Shown piece after piece: positions 29,850 through 41,736 of a stretch of DNA of 64,000 nt (position 1 is its first letter; every line of letters starts with the position of its first letter). The stretch is from a virus. The position numbers and the translations under genes are program-made. A model generated the notes under the pieces. It was given only the letters and a program-made list of their open reading frames with translations. It was not told where the DNA came from and searched no databases. The stretch is taken from positions 5,887 through 69,886 of IMG/VR virus record IMGVR_UViG_3300006753_004675; one strand, given 5' to 3'.

Positions 29850-29874
29850 TATTTAATTTTATGGAGAAGTAACA

Positions 29875-30057
29875 ATGGAAGAGAAAAATTTTTCATTTGA
29901 TAAGTTTATCAATGATATCTGTAAAAGAGAAGAAGACGGAAGACAAAGAGTCTTAGAGCATCAACAGGGTCAGGAAGATCTACCACAGAGAAAGTATAAT
30001 AAGTTATACAGAGAGCTATGGCAAAATTCAGTGAGGTTCGTAAAGAGAGATGAGTAA
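29875..30057 (+). CDS. Small hypothetical protein
   Basis: ATATTTAA box and GGAG RBS upstream. Confidence 0.55.
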   Translation: MEEKNFSFDKFINDICKREEDGRQRVLEHQQGQEDLPQRKYNKLYRELWQNSVRFVKRDE

Positions 30058-30760
30058 GATAAAGCTTAAGTCAGAAGACGACATTTTAACATTTCTAAAG
30101 ATTCTAGCAGAGGAAAGTGTTTTAGAGGCACAAAAGTATCTTGATCCCAAGCAGGAATATTTTATCAATATGATGAAAAGTGATACAAGCGTGTATGGCG
30201 GGCTTAATGAGGTAGAAGCAGGTGAGGATTCGCCAGAAGATATTGAGGTAGAGGCAGAGGAAGAGATAGATGTCGAAGAGCCTGTATCGGATGAGCCACT
30301 GGACGTAGAAGAGCTAGAGGCTGAAACCCCTGAGGAACACCTGGAAGTGTCACTAGATAGCATTACAGACAGCATAAAGCAGCTTAGAAGCGGTAGGTCT
30401 GTTGATGATAGCCAGATTAAAATGCAAATCAGAACATATTATGACAGGCTGTCAGAAATAGAAAGACAGGCACTTCTAACATTCTTAAAATCATTTTCAG
30501 GCATTTTAACTGGTGCATTTGATGGATCTGAGGCACCTGATCCAAGCGAGCCACCGTCTAATATCACTATGTCATTAGGTGGATCTGGAGAAGCTAGTGA
30601 TGTTGAAGCAGAAGAGGAAGTCCTGGATGAGCCAGAAGGGATTGATGTAGAAGAGGAAGAAGAAGAAGAGATCGAAGACACATCTCCCCCAATTAGGGCT
30701 GGTGCACCCGCAGCCATGGCAGAGATGAGAGAAAGAGTTAGAAACTTGATGAACCTATAG
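30050..30760 (+). CDS. Acidic hypothetical protein with terminal amphipathic motifs
   Basis: ILTFLKILAEE, GGLNE, C-term MRERVRNLM. Confidence 0.6.
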   Translation: MSKIKLKSEDDILTFLKILAEESVLEAQKYLDPKQEYFINMMKSDTSVYGGLNEVEAGEDSPEDIEVEAEEEIDVEEPVSDEPLDVEELEAETPEEHLEVSLDSITDSIKQLRSGRSVDDSQIKMQIRTYYDRLSEIERQALLTFLKSFSGILTGAFDGSEAPDPSEPPSNITMSLGGSGEASDVEAEEEVLDEPEGIDVEEEEEEEIEDTSPPIRAGAPAAMAEMRERVRNLMNL

Positions 30761-30800
30761 TTTTCCTGTATTATTCTTTTGTATATGGTATAATTTAGAT

Positions 30801-31028
30801 ATGGAAAAAAGAATAATTAAATTACCATTAGGCGGAGAATTAGAGGTTGATTTTTCTCTAGACTTTGAATCAATCATCAAAAAGAACTTTGACCTTAAAG
30901 ATAATGAAGACATTAGCGATGATCACATAAGAATGTTTATTTATGGAAGCACAAGGTCAGCAGTAGAAAAGGCTGAAATAGATCTTGAAGATAATACTTT
31001 CTTTCAAGATCAAAATTCAAAAAGTTAG
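30801..31028 (+). CDS. Hypothetical protein
   Basis: TGTATT-N16-TATAAT upstream (30767-30794). Confidence 0.55.
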   Translation: MEKRIIKLPLGGELEVDFSLDFESIIKKNFDLKDNEDISDDHIRMFIYGSTRSAVEKAEIDLEDNTFFQDQNSKS

Positions 31029-31040
31029 CTAGATGAATTC

Positions 31041-31048
31041 ATATTTAT
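31041..31048 (+). promoter_or_regulatory. ATATTTAT putative late promoter box
   Basis: Intergenic, upstream of GGAG RBS. Confidence 0.45.
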
Positions 31049-31066
31049 ATTCGCTCGGAGTTAAAA

Positions 31067-32368
31067 ATGAATTCGGAATCTTTTTTAAGAATTCTTATAA
31101 GAGAGATAAATCATACTCGAAAGGTGCTGCCTGAGTATGGTTCTCAGGAACACCTTGAAGAGCTAGATAGAATTTTAGATGATATTCAAAATCTAAAACA
31201 GACGCTAAAGAAGGGCCCTAATAGACACAAGAATAGAAAAGAAGTGAATCAGCTTCAAAGTGCTGTCCAGGCTCTTAGGTTTCTTAGAAGAAGAGCTCAT
31301 AAAGAAGGTATAAAGAGTGGCCTTATTAAGGAGCATCTTTATTCTAAGTTTCATTTATTTGAAGGCGGTCTCAAAGCTCCGCACTTAACAGGTCACGTGA
31401 ACCTTAATCAAGAGACAGTTGCTGCTGCCATAGATGTCTATAAAAAAGTAATGGAAATGTGGAATGAACATCTTAGTTCAGATAACATGAAGAACGTTAG
31501 TGTAATAGGGCCAGTAGGGTCTTCTGCATATTATCTTAAGGATGAACCAGGAACTGAATATGGAGATGTGGATTTTCTTGTTTCCTTTCCAGTAAAAACT
31601 GATGATACAATGGGACCTGCAGATATTAGAAAAGCAGAAAATGAAGCGAAAAGAAATTATGAAAATTCACTTAGAGATTTTCTAAACACTTCAGTTGACG
31701 TTGAAGATTATGTCAATACAGCTGCTTCAAATAAGGGATCACCGTTCTTATTGATCGTGCGGCTACCTAGCGGGGACCATGTTCAGGTGGATACAATCGT
31801 AACATACCCACAATACTCTGATCCCGGGGAAGAAGAAGAGTCTCAGTGGATGCCGTATAGATGGATTCCTGAACAAGGGTTCAAAGGATATACTATAGGA
31901 AATCTCTATATGGCACTGGGAAATTATTTTAATATGTCAATAGGTGATAGAGGAGTTACTGCTCGTGTGGTAGGTGATCAAAGAGTTTCATCTCGAAAGA
32001 CTAGTGCTGATCTTGTGATGATAAGCAAGAATATTCGAACATTTCTTAGAGACATAGCTAGAGAAGTTGCAGGAGAAGACATCGCAGAAGATGATCTATT
32101 ATTAAGATACCCTGGAGTAAATCCAGATAATATTAAAATAAGTGACCTTGCTAATGGAATAAAAGGTCTTGCACTAACATTGGGTAATTTAGAAATTATA
32201 AATTCTCCTAAAGTAATGCTAGATTCTGTATTTGAATCATACAAGGAGGGTCTTCAAAGAAATGTTAAAAGTAAGCTTTCGAAAGGTCTTGATAAAGAAA
32301 GTCATAACAAGCTTTTAAATTTAAATGATAAAGTTTTAGGCATAGTAAAATCAGTATTTGAGTCGTAA
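31067..32368 (+). CDS. Pol-beta superfamily nucleotidyltransferase with N-terminal pro-region
   Basis: GPVGSS...YGDVD, QVD, G.KG...GNLY; FLRILIRE leader and LFE-GG site. Confidence 0.6.
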   Translation: MNSESFLRILIREINHTRKVLPEYGSQEHLEELDRILDDIQNLKQTLKKGPNRHKNRKEVNQLQSAVQALRFLRRRAHKEGIKSGLIKEHLYSKFHLFEGGLKAPHLTGHVNLNQETVAAAIDVYKKVMEMWNEHLSSDNMKNVSVIGPVGSSAYYLKDEPGTEYGDVDFLVSFPVKTDDTMGPADIRKAENEAKRNYENSLRDFLNTSVDVEDYVNTAASNKGSPFLLIVRLPSGDHVQVDTIVTYPQYSDPGEEEESQWMPYRWIPEQGFKGYTIGNLYMALGNYFNMSIGDRGVTARVVGDQRVSSRKTSADLVMISKNIRTFLRDIAREVAGEDIAEDDLLLRYPGVNPDNIKISDLANGIKGLALTLGNLEIINSPKVMLDSVFESYKEGLQRNVKSKLSKGLDKESHNKLLNLNDKVLGIVKSVFES

Positions 32369-32376
32369 TATAAACA

Positions 32377-33015
32377 ATGGATTTTTTCACATCAGATCTA
32401 CATTTTGGTCATTTTAATGTAATTAAGTGGTGCAATAGACCTTTTTCATCTGTTGATGAGATGAATGAGGAACTTATAAAAAGATGGAATGAGACCGTAA
32501 AAGATACAGACACAGTGTATGTTGTTGGGGATATGTGTCTATGTAGATCTAATATCGCGGAAACCTATGTTAAAAGATTGAATGGGTATAAGATATTAAT
32601 AAAGGGAAATCATGATCGAGGAGAAAAAACAATGCTCAAAATGGGATTCGATGAATTTCATAAAAAACTTACGTATGAGATGCCAGACGGAAGAAGAGCA
32701 TTGATTCAGCATAGGCCCGTTTCCAAATGTCTAATAGGGGATCATGATCTTTTAATTCATGGTCACATACACATAACAGAGAATTTTAAAGATAGAGTTA
32801 ATGTTAGCTGTGATATGTGGGATTTTAAACCCGTTTCTATAGAAGAGATTACGATCTTAGGCCTTGATAAAATTAATGACATTGATGCAGTAGACATTTC
32901 TTTTGACGGCAATAGAGTTATTATAAATGCAGATATCACAACTGAAAATTTTTCTGGTGTGGTAGATCATATTTATACTCAGATAATTGATATCTGGCCT
33001 GGAGGCAAAAAGTGA
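32377..33015 (+). CDS. Calcineurin-like metallophosphoesterase
   Basis: TSDLHFGH, RPF, VGD, GNHD, HGHIH, NVSCD. Confidence 0.85.
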   Translation: MDFFTSDLHFGHFNVIKWCNRPFSSVDEMNEELIKRWNETVKDTDTVYVVGDMCLCRSNIAETYVKRLNGYKILIKGNHDRGEKTMLKMGFDEFHKKLTYEMPDGRRALIQHRPVSKCLIGDHDLLIHGHIHITENFKDRVNVSCDMWDFKPVSIEEITILGLDKINDIDAVDISFDGNRVIINADITTENFSGVVDHIYTQIIDIWPGGKK

Positions 33016-33746
33016 AGATAGGAATTTTTGCAGGGGGCTTTAAACCTTTCCACACAGGTCACTTTGGAAAGGTTGCTCTTGCTCTTGAGGAAAATGATAA
33101 AGTATATCTTTTTTATGGTGTCCAGAGTGAGAAAGCTAAAAACCCCACTATGAGAAAGATAGGCTCCAGAGAATTTACGCCCAGAATGTCAAAGAGAATC
33201 TTTGACATTATTAAGCCTGCTCTTGAGAGAGAGTATGGAGATAGAATACGAGTTTTTGATGTGCATAGGCCAGTTGGCGCTGTCGTAGACAAGATACGCC
33301 AATTAAAGGACGACCCATTAGAAAAGCTCAAGGTGTATGGAAGAATCGAAGACTTGAGAAGATACTATATCAACAATAGGCACCTAATGAGAGACGTGCA
33401 AGATCTTTATGATAGCGGCGTGCTAGAGTTTGGAACCATATCCCCAAATGAATCAGAGGGGCTATCTGCAGAGGAGCTTTCAGATCTTGAAGTAGATAGA
33501 ATTTCAAAAGCATTGAGTGGAACCTATCCAGAAGCATCTGACGAGGAATTAAGAGATTATTCTGGTGTAAGTGCTACGGCAGTTAGAAACATGATAGATT
33601 CTAAAGATGTAGACGCCTTAAAGAGATATCTTCCTAACTTTTTATCTTCTGAGGAAGAGGATCAAATAATAGACGTGCTTTTAGAAAGAGATGTGCAGGC
33701 AGAAGCATATCTCAGATACTTAATACGTGGAATCATTAGAGGATAA
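33012..33746 (+). CDS. HIGH-family nucleotidyltransferase (cytidyltransferase/NMNAT-like)
   Basis: GGFKPFHTGH, VSATAVR; C-term YLRYLIRGII motif. Confidence 0.7.
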   Translation: MKIGIFAGGFKPFHTGHFGKVALALEENDKVYLFYGVQSEKAKNPTMRKIGSREFTPRMSKRIFDIIKPALEREYGDRIRVFDVHRPVGAVVDKIRQLKDDPLEKLKVYGRIEDLRRYYINNRHLMRDVQDLYDSGVLEFGTISPNESEGLSAEELSDLEVDRISKALSGTYPEASDEELRDYSGVSATAVRNMIDSKDVDALKRYLPNFLSSEEEDQIIDVLLERDVQAEAYLRYLIRGIIRG

Positions 33747-33747
33747 G

Positions 33748-36700
33748 ATGGCCATATTACCAGTTCATAAGCAATACATCTCAGTAGCTGCAAAAATTGT
33801 CGCAGAACAGATAGCTTCTAAGAGCGATGGGCCTGGCTCAGAGTCACACATATATAATATCTATGAACAGCTAGGAATGCCACTCTCTGACATAGAAGAG
33901 ATAATGGACGCAGCTCTTGCAGGGCGGCTAGAGAATGTTCAGGAAAAGGTTGACGGACAGAATATCACGTTCACAGTTGTCAACGGTGTTGTTCAATTTT
34001 TCTCCAAGATGGATCTCAATGATCAAAGGAGCAGAGATCGTGCAAGAGATAGGATATTAAGAGGAGATGGAGCGACACCAGACGATATAGCTAGAAAATA
34101 TACAGATGATAAAGGAATGGGTGCACTAAGGGAGACGTATACAATGGCATATGAAGCGCTCACTCCAATAGCGTCAAAATATTCAGATTCTTTATTTCAA
34201 AATGGAAACGTTGTAGTTGTTTCATCTTTGGCAACTCCTAGAAATCCCAATACTATTTTGTATGAGGAGGATAATTTTATTTTTATAAAGCCTATAGCTC
34301 TTCAAGAGGGAACATTTGTTGATGAGTCTGCATACTCGAATTTTTTAAGCGACGCAGAAAAAGAAAAAGAAAGCGTTTTCAATATGAGCAGTGTTCCCAC
34401 AGCAAAGCTGATAAAGGAGCTTGAAGAGGATGACGATAAAATCGAAGAGCTCAAGTCAGACTTTAGAGATGTGGTAGGTGAAGCAGGTCTTTCTGTTGGT
34501 TCAGATACTGTTGGTGATTATGTTCTTGAAAGAGTTGAGGATCTAATATATTCTAAGTATAAGTTTATACCTGATGATATGGTAAGGCCTGTTGCTCTTA
34601 GATTTGTTACAGGGAGGGGTGCTGTTGCAAATGCTCTTAAAAAATCTATTTCTTCAGATGACTATAGGAAGTATCAAGATCTGGATAAAAGAAAGTCACA
34701 GATAGTAGATGAGGCAATAATTCCTCTTGAAGAGATAGTACAGCGGCTAGGAGTTATGGTTGCCGACAGGCTTGATCTTGCACTAAGGGCAACAAACTCT
34801 AATGAATTATTATCTCTAGTAAAAACAGTACGATCTGAATTTGAAAGAGGCGCTAGCTTTATTGATAATAGCATGGATCCACAAAAGGCAAAGCGTGTCT
34901 CTGAGGGTATCAGGGTCGCTCTTGAAAGATTGAAGTCAAATGAAGATCTCTTTAGAACTGCAACTGAGGGCATAGTCTTTACATGGAAGGATGGAAAGAC
35001 ATATAAGCTCACTGGTTTATTCACACCCATTAATAAGCTAAGAGGATTTTTTGCATATAGTGGAGCACAATCACCTTCCCATCCAGAGACATCTGAGAGT
35101 GAAACAGTTAGAGAGAGGGTTCGGAGAAGATGGAAAAAGCATCAGCTAGTAGAAGGTGGGTCGGCATTTAAAGATTCCTCTGGTAGTGTTCTTACAAGAA
35201 AGGAAAGGATACCTAGAAGAGATGTAGATATAATATTGAAGTCATTTGAAGATGAGGTTCTTAAACCTCTTGGAATTAATTACATGCCAGTAGGAAGTAC
35301 GGCCACCAACACAGGTGCTGTGGGTGACATAGACATCGCTGTTGACATAGCTTCAAGAAATGTTCTTGCAGATGTTCTAATGGGCCACATAGATAGGGAA
35401 AAGGTTAAAAAATTACCTGGATTGGTTGCAGTGATGTTTAAGGTGCCGGACTCAGATCCTGAGGAGTTTGTTCAGATCGACGTGGTTCCAAGCTCTAATA
35501 TATCAGACACACAGTGGCTAATGATGGGGGCACAAGAAGGCGGGGTAAAGGGTGTTTATAGAAATCTTCTTTTAGCCTACCTGGCAAAGACTAAAAGCGA
35601 CAAAGAGTCTAGTACACTTCAGTCTGTTAAATATACGATAACATTTCCTGGCGGGCTATTAAAGAAGGTAAATGGGTCTGCTATTGGAGAAAGAGAACAT
35701 GATCCCGACGTATTCCTGCCAGTTCTTGGATTTCCTAAAGATCTATCAAAGGATAATATTGAAAGCTTTGAGCAGCTAGTTGACTATATGAGGGGAGATC
35801 CTAGCATGTCAACAATCCTGCCAGGGTTCAAGGACTATATTGATAATAATAGGTATTTAAGGAACTCAAACAAGATGATAAGTGATGAGGCTAAAATGGC
35901 CGCAGATTATATAGATGAAAAATCACTAATGGAATCCATGATAAAAAAGAGAATCACGGAGCTACTGACAGAAGCAGAACAGTTTTCGCTGCCAGGTATT
36001 CTATCAGATCCCGAGCCTGGATCATCGGTGTCAAGGATCGATCACGCGTGGCTAAACGCTCACGCCGTAACAGATCCGCTATATACAGGTGGAAATGGAG
36101 AGGGAGGAGTTTTACATCCAGCCGGGTTCAGCGGTCTAGCTCTTGGAATAAGAGAAAGCACTCAGCGAAACGATGGCGAGAGATTTGAAGATGGAATGGT
36201 CGGATATGCTGACGAGCTGGTAGAGCTGGGTGGGTATAATGCAGTCCCCCTTAAGAGAGAGGGGCTTCCTGGAACAGATTTATCACAGCTTGTAGAGAAG
36301 GGTGGAAAGGGAAGGACCTACGAGCTTAAGAAGTCAACACAGAATTCTCCGAATCTTATGCTCAATGCATCATTCCCAAAATCAGATCCAAATCACTATT
36401 ATGTTTTTGTTGTAAATCTTCCAAATCTCCAGATTATGACGCGTGCGTGGGAACAGCTAGAGTCACAATCAGGCGGTGATTTAAATAAAGCATGGGCTGA
36501 CTTAGAGGCAGAGGTTCAGAAAAGAGTAGACGTAGATCGTGAATTAACATTCTTTATAAACGATAGCAAAGCAAGAGATTCGGCTGCAGATGAGATTGAG
36601 TCTGGTGAAATTAATCCCGATTCAGAATCTTCAGCTCTGGTGGTTCCCTTGGGGGTAATGTCATCAGCTCAGCGATTTATAAAGATGTACGAAGCATACG

Positions 36701-37206
36701 GAGAGTTAAATAATATTTCGAAAGAAGATGCACTTGATTACATGAAATCAAAGACGGGAAAAATTACATCTGGCTCTCTGAAAGGTGTAAGAACTGAGCT
36801 TAGGGCACAATACAGCGAGACTAAGTCGGGAGCAGCCGCCGGAACCCGAGGCGAATTATTCAAGAACGTTTTAGGAAATGTAAAGTTATGGGTTGTTCCA
36901 AGTAGAGATCTTAGGATCGAGATACTAAGCTCGAATGAAGCACTACGATCTGCAATTGATATGGAGACGGGTGAGCTTATTAAAGGCGGAAGGGAGGTGA
37001 TTGCAGCAGCACTAAGGAGTGAGCTTACAAATCTTAAAATAGAGGATAAGATAGTTGAAAAGATTGCGCCACTAGTAGAGGATCAGGTGCTAGACGGTGT
37101 ATCTCCATCTCAGTCCAAAGAAGACAAAGACCCAGCATTTGATATTAGACTTGGACTATTAAAGGTTAGGATAAGCCTAAAGATAGAGCCTCCAAAGGGT
37201 GTGTGA
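33748..37206 (+). CDS. Multidomain protein: ATP-dependent ligase-like + pol-beta nucleotidyltransferase + possible PD-(D/E)xK nuclease
   Basis: QEKVDGQN/EGIVF/YKLTG; VGS...GDID/QID/GVKG; TDL...YELKKS; domains separated by LVE-GG and LLTE-A motifs. Confidence 0.6.
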   Translation: MAILPVHKQYISVAAKIVAEQIASKSDGPGSESHIYNIYEQLGMPLSDIEEIMDAALAGRLENVQEKVDGQNITFTVVNGVVQFFSKMDLNDQRSRDRARDRILRGDGATPDDIARKYTDDKGMGALRETYTMAYEALTPIASKYSDSLFQNGNVVVVSSLATPRNPNTILYEEDNFIFIKPIALQEGTFVDESAYSNFLSDAEKEKESVFNMSSVPTAKLIKELEEDDDKIEELKSDFRDVVGEAGLSVGSDTVGDYVLERVEDLIYSKYKFIPDDMVRPVALRFVTGRGAVANALKKSISSDDYRKYQDLDKRKSQIVDEAIIPLEEIVQRLGVMVADRLDLALRATNSNELLSLVKTVRSEFERGASFIDNSMDPQKAKRVSEGIRVALERLKSNEDLFRTATEGIVFTWKDGKTYKLTGLFTPINKLRGFFAYSGAQSPSHPETSESETVRERVRRRWKKHQLVEGGSAFKDSSGSVLTRKERIPRRDVDIILKSFEDEVLKPLGINYMPVGSTATNTGAVGDIDIAVDIASRNVLADVLMGHIDREKVKKLPGLVAVMFKVPDSDPEEFVQIDVVPSSNISDTQWLMMGAQEGGVKGVYRNLLLAYLAKTKSDKESSTLQSVKYTITFPGGLLKKVNGSAIGEREHDPDVFLPVLGFPKDLSKDNIESFEQLVDYMRGDPSMSTILPGFKDYIDNNRYLRNSNKMISDEAKMAADYIDEKSLMESMIKKRITELLTEAEQFSLPGILSDPEPGSSVSRIDHAWLNAHAVTDPLYTGGNGEGGVLHPAGFSGLALGIRESTQRNDGERFEDGMVGYADELVELGGYNAVPLKREGLPGTDLSQLVEKGGKGRTYELKKSTQNSPNLMLNASFPKSDPNHYYVFVVNLPNLQIMTRAWEQLESQSGGDLNKAWADLEAEVQKRVDVDRELTFFINDSKARDSAADEIESGEINPDSESSALVVPLGVMSSAQRFIKMYEAYGELNNISKEDALDYMKSKTGKITSGSLKGVRTELRAQYSETKSGAAAGTRGELFKNVLGNVKLWVVPSRDLRIEILSSNEALRSAIDMETGELIKGGREVIAAALRSELTNLKIEDKIVEKIAPLVEDQVLDGVSPSQSKEDKDPAFDIRLGLLKVRISLKIEPPKGV

Positions 37207-37487
37207 TAGATATGGACTCACATGACAAATCAATAATTATTGAGTGCACAAACTTTGTTTCAAGCTATTCTGGTGACTGCGATGACTGGGTTACAATTAA
37301 AAAACAAATAATGCTCAATCTCGCACCCAGGCTCAGAAGAAATTTTTCTACAAGGGATTCTAAAACTAAAGAGCAATGTCTTAATGATTTTGAGAAGGAG
37401 CTGATTAATTATTATAGAGATGCGACTGGCATAGAGCTAGTCCTAAGATCTCTTGATGAGAGAAGAGAACTATTTGATGTCCTATAG
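37203..37487 (+). CDS. Hypothetical protein
   Basis: GTGA overlap with the upstream gene. Confidence 0.55.
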   Translation: MIDMDSHDKSIIIECTNFVSSYSGDCDDWVTIKKQIMLNLAPRLRRNFSTRDSKTKEQCLNDFEKELINYYRDATGIELVLRSLDERRELFDVL

Positions 37488-38385
37488 CAACGAAATACTT
37501 TTGAGAGAGTTTGTAAAAGACAGTCTTAGAGTAGATAATAGCTCACTATTGTTAGAGAAATTGCAATCAGTTTATACAACCACAGATCAAGCTATTGATG
37601 CAGAGAGGGGAGCGCTACAAAGTCGTGAAGATGTATATGGAATCTGGGGGCGACGAGCTGAGGGGATCCTGGGATGGCTCGGAGCAACCGCAGGAATGAT
37701 GGCGTTGTGGGAGGCTTTATTTGGAACATCTGCAACAGCACGACGAAAAGGGCGTGCTGGACTTCTATGGGCACAGGGAGACCTACAGGGCTCTGCTAAA
37801 GGTGCTTCAATTGGAAACTTTCTCAAATCATTTTTCCTTGGTAATATTAGAAATCCTGCTAGAAAGATAGGAGACATGTTTCCTTCTGTGAGAAGATTTC
37901 TATCTCGGGGCTCATCAGTAAACGAGTCTTATTCTATGATTAATGAGGGAGGGCTCTGGGATTTTGTAAAGAGAGCTACCGCACGCGGCGCTAGCAATGT
38001 TAGAGATGCTGGTGTAGAAGGCATGGGTGAAGAAGACTTTGTTAATCTTATTTCAGCTGTTGCAACTGACTTAGAGTCTATTGCAGATAGCATCGATGAG
38101 ATAGCAGCTAATGAAGATATAATATCTATGATGCAGGAGTGGTCTGACTTTATTGGAGCGACATTCTCGTCTGCTGAAACATCAAGCGGACTCTCACACG
38201 TGATAGAGATGGTAGGGGGCGAAGACGTCGTAACAGAACACTTCTATAGTGAGATTATGAAACCATTTATTTCTTATCAGATCGACGTCTTGGGAAACCA
38301 ATTGATGGATATAGGGCTATCAGGGGAGCAGAAAGAATTAATTGAAGGCATTTTTTCTGAAGCATCGACCTCTGTATCACGGTAA
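37477..38385 (+). CDS. Hypothetical protein with leader, hydrophobic segment and INE-GG site
   Basis: LLREFVKDSL, LLLE, INEGG. Confidence 0.6.
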   Translation: MSYSNEILLREFVKDSLRVDNSSLLLEKLQSVYTTTDQAIDAERGALQSREDVYGIWGRRAEGILGWLGATAGMMALWEALFGTSATARRKGRAGLLWAQGDLQGSAKGASIGNFLKSFFLGNIRNPARKIGDMFPSVRRFLSRGSSVNESYSMINEGGLWDFVKRATARGASNVRDAGVEGMGEEDFVNLISAVATDLESIADSIDEIAANEDIISMMQEWSDFIGATFSSAETSSGLSHVIEMVGGEDVVTEHFYSEIMKPFISYQIDVLGNQLMDIGLSGEQKELIEGIFSEASTSVSR

Positions 38386-38441
38386 GTATAATAAATAGTT
38401 TATTGTGTTATAATGTAGATTAATAGCTGAAGGAGATTGTT

Positions 38442-38807
38442 ATGTCTATTGCAGGAGAATCTAGTTGGATTCCTGAGATTGTTTATGAGGATTCTGAAGA
38501 GGGCGGCTCAAGTATTCCGTTTGTTATGGTTCCTAGTGATGAGGAGATGCCAAATCTTCTTTATATCTTTGAGAGCAGGGAGACAGGAGATGTTGAGCCT
38601 GGATCAGATGGTGAGGAAGTTCCTGTTTTACAGTGGGACCTCCACCAATATGCTGATATGGGCGTGCTTAAGCAAAGATTAGATCCTCTAACTTTTGATC
38701 TTGTGAGGGCATCACTTGGGCTGGAAAGCCTATCATCTGCGACAGAGAAGGGACAAAAGCTTACAAGTAAGATTAGAGAAAATATTGATTCTGGTGAATC
38801 TCATTAA
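38442..38807 (+). CDS. Hypothetical acidic protein
   Basis: AAGGAG RBS; TGnTATAAT upstream. Confidence 0.6.
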   Translation: MSIAGESSWIPEIVYEDSEEGGSSIPFVMVPSDEEMPNLLYIFESRETGDVEPGSDGEEVPVLQWDLHQYADMGVLKQRLDPLTFDLVRASLGLESLSSATEKGQKLTSKIRENIDSGESH

Positions 38808-38861
38808 GTTTTTGTTTTTTTTGTTTTATCGGTATATTTAATAACGTGCGGAGGAAATATA

Positions 38862-39446
38862 ATGAATTTTGATGTTAACAGACTTGCTCGGCTGGCTGGG
38901 TTGGGTTCTCCTGAGAGTGGTCAGCTAAATGAGGCTGGTAATAGAAGTCAAAGAGAAGATCCAGGAAAGCCTGATGATGTTGACCATCGCTGGGGCAAGA
39001 ACCAGATAAGCGAACGAGGAGACAAGAAAGATGACCAGTCTGCTTCTCATAGAGACTATGAGCCCGTAGATGAGGATCTCGATGAGCTACGCGGAGACAA
39101 GAAAGGTGATCAGTCTGCTTCTCATAGAGATTATATGGATGAAGAAGAGATGTATGAAAAAGAAGTTCACGTTGATAAGCCGGGCCGGGGCAAGGGCAAG
39201 GCTGGGACCGATGAAGATGTCATGCTTGAGATAGATGAGAATATGCTTCGCAGAGAGATCAGAAAAATGAGACAGGAGCGCCTGGAAGAGAACAGGCTCC
39301 GGGTGGCAATCCGCGGTGAGATACAAAACGTTTTAGAGGATCTTGGTGTTGAATCTGATAGTAGCTGGGTTTATGGAGATAATAAACCATCAAACAGTAG
39401 AAGCGGCTTCGTAAACATGGCATTTCCTGGAATTGGATTTAAGTAG
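38862..39446 (+). CDS. Charged hypothetical protein with internal repeat (putative head/internal protein)
   Basis: RLARLAGL, LRREIRKM, LRVAIRGEI; ATATTTAA box at 38834. Confidence 0.6.
   Translation: MNFDVNRLARLAGLGSPESGQLNEAGNRSQREDPGKPDDVDHRWGKNQISERGDKKDDQSASHRDYEPVDEDLDELRGDKKGDQSASHRDYMDEEEMYEKEVHVDKPGRGKGKAGTDEDVMLEIDENMLRREIRKMRQERLEENRLRVAIRGEIQNVLEDLGVESDSSWVYGDNKPSNSRSGFVNMAFPGIGFK
39015..39134 (+). repeat. Two 45-bp in-frame repeats encoding RGDKK(D/G)DQSASHRDY, 75 bp apart
   Basis: Copies at 39015-39059 and 39090-39134 with mostly synonymous differences. Confidence 0.85.
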
Positions 39447-39475
39447 AAATAAATACTTTCCCACGTTATTTATTT

Positions 39476-39506
39476 AAGCGGATCAGCTATGCTGATCCGC
39501 TTTTTT
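39476..39506 (+). terminator. Rho-independent terminator
   Basis: AAGCGGATCAGC-TAT-GCTGATCCGCTT perfect 12-bp stem followed by a T tract. Confidence 0.85.
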
Positions 39507-39558
39507 GTATATACTCTCTAATATTTGTGATATAATTTACTGTTAGAGGTATTGTTAT

Positions 39559-39939
39559 ATGAAACTAAATGTGGGTCAGATAGTCTTTCTATTGTCTCAA
39601 AATGATTTAAAAATATTCCCTGCTCAGGTTGTAGAGGAAATCAAGAGGAAAACAATTGAGGGAGAGACTATCTCTCATACCATTAGACTTCCTGATCAAA
39701 ATTTGACAGAAGTTTCTTTAAGTGAAGTTAAGGCTAGTATTTTTTCTTCTCTAGGCGATCTTGAATCCAAGATGATAGAAGACTCTAAAAATAAAATAAG
39801 TGAAATGATCAAGGGTGTAGAGAAAATGTCAGAAGTGTTTGGCTCACCGAGCGTAGCACCTGAGAATGAAGAAGAAGTCATGAAGGTGGATTTGGGTGGT
39901 GGTGTTCAAGGAAAGATTAATTTAGCTGATATACCATAA
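39559..39939 (+). CDS. Hypothetical protein
   Basis: GAGG RBS; TGATATAAT upstream. Confidence 0.6.
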   Translation: MKLNVGQIVFLLSQNDLKIFPAQVVEEIKRKTIEGETISHTIRLPDQNLTEVSLSEVKASIFSSLGDLESKMIEDSKNKISEMIKGVEKMSEVFGSPSVAPENEEEVMKVDLGGGVQGKINLADIP

Positions 39940-39950
39940 GGAGAGACAAA

Positions 39951-41736
<1,786 letters not shown>

